In this document: positions 1 through 10,357 of the stretch, in pieces
Layout of the letters: every line of letters begins with the position of its first letter
How positions within the stretch are numbered: the stretch's first letter is position 1
Source of the DNA: an uncultured Acidobacteriaceae bacterium
GTDB lineage: Bacteria; Acidobacteriota; Terriglobia; Terriglobales; Acidobacteriaceae
Reading direction: 5' to 3'
Length of the DNA: 64,000 bases
NCBI GenBank assembly: GCA_963793845.1
Contig: CAWCBG010000002.1
Coordinates: forward strand, 743,562-807,561
Translations under genes and position numbers: made by a program
The notes under the pieces: generated by a model
What the model was told of the DNA's origin: nothing
Databases searched by the model: none
Seen by the model: the letters and a program-made list of their open reading frames with translations, nothing else

Positions 1-1687
1 GCACGCCTACGTTGAACTTCGCGACCTCGGGATTCAGCGCCGCTGCCTCCAGCGCCATAATGAGCGCCTCGCGCGTCTCTGCCGGGTCGATGATCTTGTC
101 GATCCACAGACGGGCTGCACCGTAGCGTGGGTCCATCTGCTGGTCGTAAGTGGCCTTCACCTCGTCGTACAGCTTCTTCCGGTCTTCTTCGCTCAGCTTC
201 TGGCCGCCGCGCTCCAGTTGCTTGATCTTGATCTCCACCAGTGTTCCGGCCGCCGATGCGCCGGCCATTACCGAATACTTCGCCGTCGGCCATGCAAACA
301 GGAAGCGCGCGTCGTAGGCTTTACCGCACATCGCATAATGTCCCGCGCCGAACGAGCCGCCGACGATCACCGCGATCTTCGGCACCACGGAGTTCGAAAC
401 CGCATTCACCATCTTCGCGCCCGCCCGGATGATGCCGCTCCACTCCGCGTCTCGTCCCACCATGAAGCCGTTGACATCGTGGAGAAAGATGAGCGGCACC
501 AGGTTCTGGTTGCAATCCATGATGAAGCGCGCGGCTTTTTCCGCCGACTCGGTGTAAATCACTCCGCCGAATTCGGTGCGCTTGTTGCCGCTGTGATCGG
601 TCTGGTGGACGTGCGTCTTCTGGTTGGCGACAATACCGACGGCGAATCCACCGATGCGCGCGAAGCCGCAGAGCACGGTTTCGCCATATTCGGACTTGTA
701 CTCGTCGAAGTGGCTGCCATCGACGATGCGCGCGATGATCTCCTTCATGTCGTACTGGCGCGCCGGATCGCCCTCATAGACGCCATAGATTTCTTCGGCT
801 GGATAGACAGGCTCGACCGGCTGCTTGCGATCGAAGACACAAAGCTGCCGGTTGCCGATTTTGTCGACCAGCGAACGGATGCGCGTGATGCATGACTCGT
901 CGTCGGGCTCGCGATAATCCACGGTGCCGCTGATCTGCGAGTGCATCTTGGCGCCACCCAGCTCTTCGGCGGAATACTTCGCGCCAATCGCCGCCTGCAC
1001 CAGCGCCGGGCCCGCCAGAAACAGGCCGCTGCCCTCGGTCATCAGGATGTGGTCGCACATCAGCGGCAGATACGCGCCGCCGGCCACGCACATGCCCATG
1101 ATGGCGGCGATCTGCGGAATCCCCATCGCCGACATCACCGCATTATTGCGGAAGACGCGGCCGAAATCATCGGTATCGGGGAAGACATCCTCCTGCAAGG
1201 GCAAGAAGACTCCCGCCGAGTCGACCAGGTAGATGGTTGGAATGCGATTGTCGATGGCGATGTTCTGCGCGCGGATGACCTTCTTGGCGGTCATCGGAAA
1301 GAACGCGCCCGCCTTGACCGTCGCGTCGTTCACGATCAGCATCACCAGACGGCCCTGCACCCGCGCCAGGCCCGTCACAACTCCCGCGGACGGAGCGCCG
1401 CCCCAGTCCTCGTACATGCCCCACGCCGCATAGATGCCCAGTTCGAAAAACTCTGTGCCGGGATCGATCAATAACGCAATGCGCTCGCGCGCAGTGAGGC
1501 GTCCTTTGGCGTGCTGCGATTCAGTGGCCTTGTCCCCGCCGCCCTGCTCGATGGTTTCCTGCTCATTGCGAATGTTGGTAACCAGCTCGGCCATGGCTGC
1601 CTGGTTGCGCTCGAAGCGCGGCGCGTTGGGCTTTACCTTGGAGGGCAGCGTGGCGGAAGGTCCGGAGTGCTGTGCGTGATCATTCAT
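1..1687 (-). CDS. acyl-CoA carboxylase carboxyltransferase (beta) subunit, methylcrotonyl-/propionyl-CoA carboxylase-like; 3' end runs off the window
   Basis: Absent from the ORF track because there is no stop inside the window. My own minus-strand translation from ATG 1687 is uninterrupted: MNDHAQHSGP..GRLTARERIALLIDPGTEFFELG..LVMLIVNDATVKAGAFFPMTAKKVIRAQNIAIDNRIPTIYLVDSAGVFLP..CVAGGAYLP..IVANQ..GGVIYTESAEKAARFIMDCNQNLVPLIFLHDVNGFMVG. Plus-strand ORFs 218..895 and 941..1474 are antisense shadows. Confidence 0.85.
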   Translation of the reverse strand, partial: MNDHAQHSGPSATLPSKVKPNAPRFERNQAAMAELVTNIRNEQETIEQGGGDKATESQHAKGRLTARERIALLIDPGTEFFELGIYAAWGMYEDWGGAPSAGVVTGLARVQGRLVMLIVNDATVKAGAFFPMTAKKVIRAQNIAIDNRIPTIYLVDSAGVFLPLQEDVFPDTDDFGRVFRNNAVMSAMGIPQIAAIMGMCVAGGAYLPLMCDHILMTEGSGLFLAGPALVQAAIGAKYSAEELGGAKMHSQISGTVDYREPDDESCITRIRSLVDKIGNRQLCVFDRKQPVEPVYPAEEIYGVYEGDPARQYDMKEIIARIVDGSHFDEYKSEYGETVLCGFARIGGFAVGIVANQKTHVHQTDHSGNKRTEFGGVIYTESAEKAARFIMDCNQNLVPLIFLHDVNGFMVGRDAEWSGIIRAGAKMVNAVSNSVVPKIAVIVGGSFGAGHYAMCGKAYDARFLFAWPTAKYSVMAGASAAGTLVEIKIKQLERGGQKLSEEDRKKLYDEVKATYDQQMDPRYGAARLWIDKIIDPAETREALIMALEAAALNPEVAKFNVGV

Positions 1688-1840
1688 GCTGATTATTTCG
1701 ATGCCGGAGAACCGTTAACGATAAAGCAGCGGAGGGCGCGGCGCAAACCGGAACAGTAGTTGTGGCCAGTTGCTGGAGGAGGGCTAGAGAGTCTACTCGC
1801 CTGGAGTCAAACCGCGAAGCGGTGGAATGCTTTGAGCCCG

Positions 1841-2000
1841 GGGTGTAAACCCCGGGTGGACAACATTTCTTGACCGACGAAGCCGCGGAGCGGCGGCACG
1901 GTTTCCGCCACGCAAGATTCAGCACTCCAGACTTCCTGTGCCGCCCCTTTCGGGGCTCTCGCAACTTATAGGACTCGGAACGCGGACCTGAAGGTCCGCT
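1841..2000. repeat. cluster of short GC-rich hairpins (repeat family B-like)
   Basis: cccggggtgtaaaccccggg, gccccTTTCggggc and gcggaccTGAAggtccgc lie in the 330-nt gap between two minus-strand genes. They use the same stem plus GAAA/TGAA/TAAA loop style as the hairpins flanking der. Confidence 0.5.
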
Positions 2001-2017
2001 CTACCAGATCGCCAGAC

Positions 2018-2623
2018 TCAGCGCGCCAGTGCAAACGCCACAATCGTTCGTCCGCTCACTCCGGTGGCGCCCTCTAGCTCAGTGAGCACGGCGCTCTCTT
2101 CCTCCAACGGCACCGTCATCTCGCACGCCGCGATCTGCTCGTCGCTGGCGCCGTGATAACACAATTCGCAGACGCCCAGCCCGCCTTCCGAGCGCACCGG
2201 CGGCCCGAAGGTACGGCACGTCATGGGACGCGCGGCATAGAGATCGCACAGGCCAGTAGCGGGATCGAGCGCCGGGCAGGGCTCGTCATTGGCGAAATCT
2301 TCAAAGCGCGCCTGCGCTTCGTCGCTCTCCGACAAAATGCCTGTGCCCGCATCGCCGGGAAATTCGCCCGACAAGCGAACAACCGACACCTGCGCGCGCT
2401 CACGAACTCGTACCGCTCGCTCCGGATCGATCGCCCGCAACTCTTCCATGCCGGTACGCAGACGTGCGGCATCGAGTTGATTGATGGCGAACACTCCGAT
2501 GCAGCACTGTGTGCAGCCGGGACGGCAGACCAGCCACTCGCCGCTGCGGAGGGCAGCGTCCGCCAGAGCCGCATCCATGATCTGGATCAGCTTCTGATCG
2601 GCAGCAGGTACTCGGGTCGGCAT
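2018..2623 (-). CDS. YkgJ-family cysteine-cluster protein (UPF0153-like)
   Basis: ORF 2018..2656 contains CRPGCTQCC plus later C..C pairs (CPALD..GLCDLY, CRTFG, CELCY). Start is uncertain: TTG 2656 or ATG 2623. Confidence 0.6.
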   Translation of the reverse strand: MPTRVPAADQKLIQIMDAALADAALRSGEWLVCRPGCTQCCIGVFAINQLDAARLRTGMEELRAIDPERAVRVRERAQVSVVRLSGEFPGDAGTGILSESDEAQARFEDFANDEPCPALDPATGLCDLYAARPMTCRTFGPPVRSEGGLGVCELCYHGASDEQIAACEMTVPLEEESAVLTELEGATGVSGRTIVAFALAR

Positions 2624-2704
2624 AGTGAAACGATATCGCGAACTAGAGCCATCCAAAGGCGAGGGACCACGTAAGCAGGACCTCGCGTCCGTTGTTCGCT
2701 CGCC

Positions 2705-4531
<1,827 letters not shown>

Positions 4532-4568
4532 AACAACGATCCTTCCTGCATACGAGGGCGTGGCTGGC

Positions 4569-4853
4569 TTAACGGCGCTTGGCTGTGGAGCGGCTGGCGG
4601 TAGCCAAATAATGTTGATCCAAGGCCTGTCGAAGCAGGGTTTTGATGACGGCCTGACGGCTGACATTCAATTCCTTGGCTGTCCGGTCTAACTCCTCCAG
4701 CAGCGAAGGAGCGAAGTCCACATTGACTCGCTGGATGGGAGCCATCATGCGGCCTGCGTTTGTAAAAAAGCGTGAAACATCCTCGCCTTTGTCAGCCAGC
4801 CGGGCGATGGTTTCTGCTCCCACCAGTTTCGCTTGTCTACGAGTGTTCTTCAT
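4569..4853 (-). CDS. brnA: BrnA-type antitoxin (ribbon-helix-helix)
   Basis: [62 protein letters not shown]. Sits directly downstream of brnT and overlaps it by 17 nt. Confidence 0.7.
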   Translation of the reverse strand: MKNTRRQAKLVGAETIARLADKGEDVSRFFTNAGRMMAPIQRVNVDFAPSLLEELDRTAKELNVSRQAVIKTLLRQALDQHYLATASRSTAKRR

Positions 4854-5115
4854 AAAGCTTGCGTTCCTGCCTGGTTGCCTCCCAAAGGGTAACCAGGTGG
4901 TAGTACTCCTCTTGCTCATCCTCGCGCATCTCGAAAATCAACGAGTAGAGCCGGCCTCCCACCCAACCGATGGCGCGGTATTGCTCCGCCACGTCCGAGC
5001 GCTGGTCGACATAGTAAGGGTGAGCGAAGGTCTCCCGTGCTTCCTCGAACCCTATTCGGCGTTTGGGATTAGCCCGGAGGCGCTGACTCTTGCGCGGGTC
5101 GAACTCAAATCTCAT
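4837..5115 (-). CDS. brnT: BrnT-type toxin (DUF497)
   Basis: 92 aa: [57 protein letters not shown]. This is the typical DUF497 pattern, and the gene lies first in the pair. Confidence 0.7.
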   Translation of the reverse strand: MRFEFDPRKSQRLRANPKRRIGFEEARETFAHPYYVDQRSDVAEQYRAIGWVGGRLYSLIFEMREDEQEEYYHLVTLWEATRQERKLYEEHS

Positions 5116-5177
5116 TGTAGTATAACAGTTATACCAGTCGTACTCAAAATATCCTGTGACATTGTGCCTACGTTACG

Positions 5178-5618
5178 ATGAACAGAATGCGTATTTTGAT
5201 CTTTATGACGGTGGCGGCCGTGCTCGCCGGTTGCGACACGATGGCCGCTTCGGCAGCGCCGTTCCAGAACAAGGATACGGCCACAGTCTCAACTGCCCCG
5301 TCGGACACTTCGGATAGCGAGACGTTCTCGCAGTTCGCGAAAGTCACGGCCGGTATCAAGCCGCCCAAGGCAACGCATGCGCCCGATCCCAAGTTTCCCG
5401 ACTTGCCGCCCGACGCGGATCAGCGAGGCGTCGTTGTCATGCTGGTGGGGGTGAACGCCAGGGGCCGGGTTGAGGCGGTGCACGTGCTGCGCAGCACCAA
5501 CCCGATATTCGAGTCCAGCGCCGTCGACACGGTCCGGAAGTGGAAGTTTAAGCCGGGCGAGAAGAGCGGGCAGCCAATCCCGGTGCAGGTCACGGTGGAA
5601 ATGAAGTTCGAGAAATAA
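5178..5618 (+). CDS. TonB C-terminal-domain lipoprotein
   Basis: Signal peptide with lipobox VLAGC. C-terminus P..PKFPDLPPDADQRGVVVMLVGVNARGRVEAVHVLRS..FESSAVDTVRKWKFKPG..GQPIPVQVTVEMKF matches the TonB_C fold pattern. Confidence 0.7.
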   Translation: MNRMRILIFMTVAAVLAGCDTMAASAAPFQNKDTATVSTAPSDTSDSETFSQFAKVTAGIKPPKATHAPDPKFPDLPPDADQRGVVVMLVGVNARGRVEAVHVLRSTNPIFESSAVDTVRKWKFKPGEKSGQPIPVQVTVEMKFEK

Positions 5619-5669
5619 GCGACCGAAGAGCGGCGTACGGCTTTCGAACTTTTGCGATAATGGCTACAG

Positions 5670-6206
5670 ATGTTGAATCAGATAGCACCTGCCTCCGCGC
5701 AACCTAAGTCCGAAGACGCCGTCGATCTGCTGACCGGCTGCCATCAGCGCATTCGCCACTTCACCGCCGTGGCAGTCAAGCTGGCGCATGCCCATGGAGC
5801 CTCTCCGGAAGATATTCGTCAGGCAGCGGACGCCGTCCACCGCTATTACTCGGTCTCGCTGCCGTTGCACGAGGCTGACGAGGATCAGACGCTGCATCCG
5901 CGCTTGAGTCCCGCCGCTGACGAAATGGTGCGCCATGCCCTGTTAGCCATGGGCGATCAGCACCAGGCCATCGATGAACTGATTGAGCGGCTGCTGCCCT
6001 TGCTGGTGCTGGTGAAGAACGATCCCGATATGCTGGGCGAAGCCGGCGGCGAAATGTGCGCCATCACCAAAGCGCTGGACGAAATCTTCCGGGCCCATCT
6101 TCAGATGGAGGAAGAGGTCATCTTCCCGGCGATTCGCAGCCTGCTGCCGGAATCCGACCGAGCCGAGATGCTGCGCGAAATGCAGGAACGCAGGAAGCAA
6201 GGCTAG
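5670..6206 (+). CDS. hemerythrin (HHE cation-binding) domain protein
   Basis: 178 aa with the spaced H/E pattern CHQRIRHF..HRYY..LHEADED..HP..DQHQAIDEL..HLQMEEEVIFP. Confidence 0.65.
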   Translation: MLNQIAPASAQPKSEDAVDLLTGCHQRIRHFTAVAVKLAHAHGASPEDIRQAADAVHRYYSVSLPLHEADEDQTLHPRLSPAADEMVRHALLAMGDQHQAIDELIERLLPLLVLVKNDPDMLGEAGGEMCAITKALDEIFRAHLQMEEEVIFPAIRSLLPESDRAEMLREMQERRKQG

Positions 6207-6233
6207 AGCGGGTTCGGAGCTTGGTTTTGCGTT

Positions 6234-6282
6234 GTCATGCTGAGCGAGCCCGAGGAGGAGGCGAGTCGCCGCCATCACTAGG
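6234..6282. repeat. half copy of dispersed repeat family A
   Basis: gtcatgctgagcgagcccgaggaggaggcgagtcgccgcc shares the GTCATGCTGAGCG head with the copies at 18591 and 26207. Confidence 0.5.
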
Positions 6283-6341
6283 CTACGTATCCTCCAATGC
6301 GAGCTGTTGCTTCCGGAAGGGTGAATCGTAAAATAGGGCGG

Positions 6342-7202
6342 ATGCTACTTCGCTTCGCCGTCGCTCTCCTTTTCGCCGCTCCGATGACATGGGCGCAAGC
6401 GGTGGCCTCGCCAGCGCAAGATCCAACCGAATCGTCGGCTCAAAGTCCTTCGGCATCCGCCGTTCCTGCGCCGGCAGCGACGCCGGTCCAGGCTCCGTCC
6501 GATCTCCTCTCGCCACCGGCCGATGCCACAAAAACAGCGTCGGGCCTTGCCACCAAGGTACTGAAGGCCGGAACCAGGAAGGGTCATCCCGAGAACCCTG
6601 ATCTCGTCACTATCGATTACAAGGCATGGACAACGGATGGGAAATTGGTTCTCAGTACCCCAGCCGACGGTGCACTGACGGTCAACGTCAACCTGCTGCT
6701 TCCTGGCTTGCGTGAAGGAGTGATGCAGATGGAGATGGGCGAGACCCGTCTGATGTGGATTCCCGAGACGCTGACCTACAAAGGCCAGGCCGGAAGGCCA
6801 AAAGGGCCACTCGTCTTCAATGTGACGTTGGTCGACATGCCGCTGCACGCTCCGGTGGACGTCAAAGCGCCGCCGCCCGAAGCACAGCACACCGCGAGCG
6901 GACTGGCGTACCGGGTGCTGAAGCCGGGCACGGGAACGCGGCATCCGAAGAGAGTCGATGAGGTCACGGTCCAATACACGGGTTGGGCGACCAATGGCAT
7001 GAAGTTCGACAGCACGTTCTCCCGAGGTGAGCCCTTAACGTTGTACCTGGACCGAACCATTCCTGGATGGACTGAGGGCCTGCAACTCATGGTCGAAGGC
7101 GAGAAGGCCCGTTTTTGGATTCCGGAAAAACTCGCTTACCAGGGCCGGAACGCGCCCTATGGCATGCTCGTCTTCGATATTGAGCTGATCAAGATTCAAT
7201 AG
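6342..7202 (+). CDS. FKBP-type peptidyl-prolyl cis-trans isomerase, two FKBP domains, secreted
   Basis: Signal peptide MLLRFAVALLFAAPMTWAQA. Two FKBP modules, the second with VTVQYTGWATNGMKFDSTFSRGEPLTLYLDRTIPGWTEGLQLMVEGEKARFWIPEKLAYQG..LVFDIELI. Confidence 0.8.
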   Translation: MLLRFAVALLFAAPMTWAQAVASPAQDPTESSAQSPSASAVPAPAATPVQAPSDLLSPPADATKTASGLATKVLKAGTRKGHPENPDLVTIDYKAWTTDGKLVLSTPADGALTVNVNLLLPGLREGVMQMEMGETRLMWIPETLTYKGQAGRPKGPLVFNVTLVDMPLHAPVDVKAPPPEAQHTASGLAYRVLKPGTGTRHPKRVDEVTVQYTGWATNGMKFDSTFSRGEPLTLYLDRTIPGWTEGLQLMVEGEKARFWIPEKLAYQGRNAPYGMLVFDIELIKIQ

Positions 7203-7465
7203 CGGACACGAGCCGGGCTTTGGCCTGGCATCGTGCCACGGTGAGAGGGCGAACCGGTGAGGGCGACGGCCGCCGTTCGCATAGCCGGTAGCTGTTGTCG
7301 CGGGAAGAGTTTGCTGATATCTTCTCGTGGTTTCGCTTTGCTGATTGGCATACGAGCACGAAACGGCGGTGGGATTTCACTTACGGCAGAATTTTTCTGC
7401 CTATAGGCACAGCCTGGCCCCGGTGGAGCTGGGCAATCTATCCGCCGCTGTAACACGTAATCCCT

Positions 7466-8029
7466 ATGGAACCGATCGAGAGGAGCCCGTTGACTCGCCC
7501 TGACGCGGGAGACGAAATGCGTCTGGTAGCCCGCGTCCGCGCCGGAGACCAGCAGGCGTTGGCCGACCTCTATGATCGTTATTCCGGCGTGGTGTATGCA
7601 GTGGCGTTGCGCGTACTGCAGGACGCAGCCGCGGCGGAAGACGTGGTGCAAGACATTTTCCTCCAGCTCTGGCGCAGTCCTGATTCGTTCGATGCCAGCC
7701 GGGGCAGCCTGACCGCGTGGCTGGCGGTGATCGCGCGCCATCGCTCGATCGACCGGTTGCGCAAGCGGCGTCCGGAAACCGATATCGAAGACTGCGTGAT
7801 TGCCGGCGGTCCCGATCTGCGCGACGAGACCGAGCGCACGCTGATCGTCGAGAAGGTGCGCGTGGCATTGGCGGCCATGAGTCCCGACCAGCGAACCGCC
7901 ATGGAGTTAGCATTCTTTCAGGGCCTGACACACACGGAAATAGCCGAGAAAACGGGCGAGCCTCTGGGTACCATCAAGACTCGCATCCGTTCGGGGCTGC
8001 AGCAGTTGCGCGCCAAGTTTGCAAAATGA
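7466..8029 (+). CDS. ECF (sigma-70 family, group 4) RNA polymerase sigma factor
   Basis: Region 2 (DVVQDIFLQLWR..LTAWLAVIARHRSIDRLRK) and region 4 (MSPDQRTAMELAFFQGLTHTEIAEKTGEPLGTIKTRIRSGL). Confidence 0.85.
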   Translation: MEPIERSPLTRPDAGDEMRLVARVRAGDQQALADLYDRYSGVVYAVALRVLQDAAAAEDVVQDIFLQLWRSPDSFDASRGSLTAWLAVIARHRSIDRLRKRRPETDIEDCVIAGGPDLRDETERTLIVEKVRVALAAMSPDQRTAMELAFFQGLTHTEIAEKTGEPLGTIKTRIRSGLQQLRAKFAK

Positions 8030-8826
8030 AGACGCACGAACAATTCGCGGATGACCTGCTGCTCTACGCCTTGGGCGAGCTGACCGGCAATGACCGGCAG
8101 GAGATCGAAGAGCATCTGTCGACGTGTGCCTCGTGCCGGCGCGAATTGCAGGAGATGCGCTCCGACCTGGGATTGCTGGCGCTGGCCAGCACCGGGCCCA
8201 AGCCGCCGGCGCGCGTCAAAGAGCGCCTGATGAAGGCCGTGGCCGCCGAGCCTCGTGGCGTCTCGGCCGTGGCGCCACAGGAGCCTCGTCGCAGTGCCTG
8301 GTGGATGTGGGCGCCAACCCTGGCCGCTGCCGCCCTGTTGCTGCTGACCCTTGGCCTGTGGAGCCGGAATGACGCGCTCAAGCAGGATCAGCAGCAGTTG
8401 AAAGATGCGATGGCGGAGCTCACTAACAAGAATCAGGATCTATCGCAGAAGTACCAGCAGGCGGAAGAATCGCTGGGATTGCTGGAGGATCCGAACGCGG
8501 TGCACGTCTCGCTGAATCCAAGCATGGCCTCGAAACACCCTAGAGGAACCGCCATCTTCGACCCGGCGAAGAAGCGGATGCTGTTCATGGCCAGCAACAT
8601 GATTCCTCCGCCTCCGGGTATGGCCTACGAGTTGTGGATCATTCCCATGCAGGGCGAGCCCATCCCGGCGGGCGTCTTTAAACCCGATGAGCATGGTAAT
8701 GCCGTGATGATGGATCACCCCATGCCGTCTGGGGTCGAAACTAAAGCCTTCGCCGTAACCATGGAGAAGGAAGAAGGCGCCTACAAGCCGACCATGCCGA
8801 TTCTCATGATTGGGCAAGGGGAGTAG
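8026..8826 (+). CDS. anti-sigma factor (zf-HC2 N-terminus, one TM helix, RskA-like C-domain)
   Basis: ATGA overlap with the sigma gene stop. Contains HLSTCASCRREL, the TM segment WWMWAPTLAAAALLLLTLGLW, and a periplasmic C-domain ending FAVTMEKEEG. Confidence 0.75.
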   Translation: MKTHEQFADDLLLYALGELTGNDRQEIEEHLSTCASCRRELQEMRSDLGLLALASTGPKPPARVKERLMKAVAAEPRGVSAVAPQEPRRSAWWMWAPTLAAAALLLLTLGLWSRNDALKQDQQQLKDAMAELTNKNQDLSQKYQQAEESLGLLEDPNAVHVSLNPSMASKHPRGTAIFDPAKKRMLFMASNMIPPPPGMAYELWIIPMQGEPIPAGVFKPDEHGNAVMMDHPMPSGVETKAFAVTMEKEEGAYKPTMPILMIGQGE

Positions 8827-8884
8827 TAAGCGCGAGCGGAAGTCTGTTACAGGAGGACTGAGTAAAAGTTCTTCCTTCTAAATT

Positions 8885-8974
8885 GTCATCGCGAGCGATC
8901 GGGTTTTGAGCGCGAGGGATCTGCTTTTCGTGCGGGGAGGCAAGAAGCAGATCCCTCGCTGCGCTCGTGATGAC
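8885..8974. repeat. repeat family A, full palindromic copy (long hairpin)
   Basis: gtcatcgcgagcg...gagggatctgctt..aagcagatccctc...cgctcgtgatgac forms nested inverted repeats. A second degenerate copy follows at about 9005-9150 (gcctccgcctgcggcgaac is the reverse complement of the motif at 63640). Confidence 0.6.
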
Positions 8975-9214
8975 AAAAAGCCTTCACCGTTGCACTCTTC
9001 GGACGGTGTCGTCCCGGGCGGAACGGCGTTAGCCAGGGGATCTCAAGAGGTCGGACGAGCTCGAATGTCTGCCGATTGCCAAATGCAGGTCCTTCGACTC
9101 GGAGCCTCCGCCTGCGGCGAACTCTCCTTCGGTCGGGAGGACAACTGCTCTGGCGCGGGCAGCGAGATGCCCTGGTTTGGCTCACTGCCGTAAAATGTAG
9201 TTGAAGGTACAACA

Positions 9215-9445
9215 ATGGCGAACCCAACCATTACGATACCGCTCGATCAGCAGACAGCGCAGGCATACGACTCTGCTCCCCCGGAAGAGAAGCGCAAGAT
9301 TCAGGCTCTGTTAAGTCTTTGGCTCCGTGAGCTCGCGGCTGGTGAACGTCCTTCGCTTCAGTCCGTGCTCGATCGTGTGGCTCGCAAGGCGCAGGATCGG
9401 GGGCTGACGCCGGAGATACTGGAGTCGCTCCTGAGAGGCCAGTAA
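9215..9445 (+). CDS. putative antitoxin of the downstream PIN toxin
   Basis: 76-aa ORF that ends immediately before the TTG start of the PIN gene. No motif recognised; the call rests on position and size. Confidence 0.5.
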   Translation: MANPTITIPLDQQTAQAYDSAPPEEKRKIQALLSLWLRELAAGERPSLQSVLDRVARKAQDRGLTPEILESLLRGQ

Positions 9446-9877
9446 TTGCGCTGCGTTTTCGATACAAATGTACTTGTCAGCGCCCTGCTGGCCTCCAAAT
9501 CTCAGCCGCGTAAAGCGCTCGACTTCGCCCTCAGAGCGGGAGAAGTTCTCCTCTCGATCTCGACGTTGGCCGAGCTTTCTAGTGTTCTGAGTAGAGAAAG
9601 ATTCAAGACGTATATCGACGAAGAAGACGTGCGAGACTTCCTGGCAGCACTCGTCCGGGAGACGCAATGGATCCAGGTGGACGTGCATATATCAGCTTGT
9701 CGCGACCCCAAGGATGACAAGTTTCTTGAATTGGCGATAAGTGGACGCGCAACGCACATCGTTACGGGTGACGCTGACCTTCTGGTGCTCGACCCTTTTA
9801 AGGGCATTCGAATTGCCTCTCCGAAGGATTTTCTTCGAGAGCCCTTCACCGAAGAACGGTCCGGTCCGACTGAATAG
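9446..9877 (+). CDS. PIN-domain toxin (putative toxin-antitoxin system toxin, PIN family)
   Basis: CVFDTNVLVSALL..D..FLELA..ATHIVTGDADLL gives the acidic PIN residues in the usual order. Confidence 0.75.
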   Translation: MRCVFDTNVLVSALLASKSQPRKALDFALRAGEVLLSISTLAELSSVLSRERFKTYIDEEDVRDFLAALVRETQWIQVDVHISACRDPKDDKFLELAISGRATHIVTGDADLLVLDPFKGIRIASPKDFLREPFTEERSGPTE

Positions 9878-9945
9878 ACCTTGAAATCGGCGTTCACGGT
9901 TTTGCGGATGTGTGCCGTGATCTGATCGTGCTTTACCCATTCACA

Positions 9946-10191
9946 TCACGGAAATTCAAGGCGCCCATAAATCTCCTCATTCGTCAGATGCATCTTCGGC
10001 CCTCCGGAGGTGATGAGCGGGAAATGTACGTGTTGCGGACGCCGACGTCGTGCGGCCTTTAACAGGATGTTTCTAATGCATGTCAACACTAGGTCGCTAA
10101 CCGACCGGCCTCTCGCCAAAGCGCGTTCTTCGAGCTTGCGCGAAACGGGAGCGCGAATAATTACGGTGATACGAACAGGCTTCTGCTTCAT
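9946..10191 (-). CDS. orphan ribbon-helix-helix (CopG-like) protein
   Basis: Trimmed from ORF 9946..10326 to MKQKPVRITVIIRAPVSRKLEERALARGRSVSDLVLTCIRNIL, a beta-strand plus two-helix RHH pattern. No partner toxin is visible. Confidence 0.4.
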   Translation of the reverse strand: MKQKPVRITVIIRAPVSRKLEERALARGRSVSDLVLTCIRNILLKAARRRRPQHVHFPLITSGGPKMHLTNEEIYGRLEFP

Positions 10192-10357
10192 GTAGTCGCC
10201 CTTGTTCCATATTGCCACGATTGACTTCGTTGCTCGACGAATTCTCCCCACTTTTGCACCCGCCCCAACAGTTACTTGCCGCTTTCCCACAGTATTTCCA
10301 CTTCGCGTGTGAAGATTAGAGTGCAAGCGATTGCGCCTTGCCGCACACTGGAGTTAC

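Noticed and set aside
4532-4666. A 45-codon N-terminal extension of typA in the ORF track.
   Set aside because: The extension overlaps the 3' end of brnA. An in-frame TTG with a GGAAGG Shine-Dalgarno gives a canonical BipA N-terminus ([19 protein letters not shown]).
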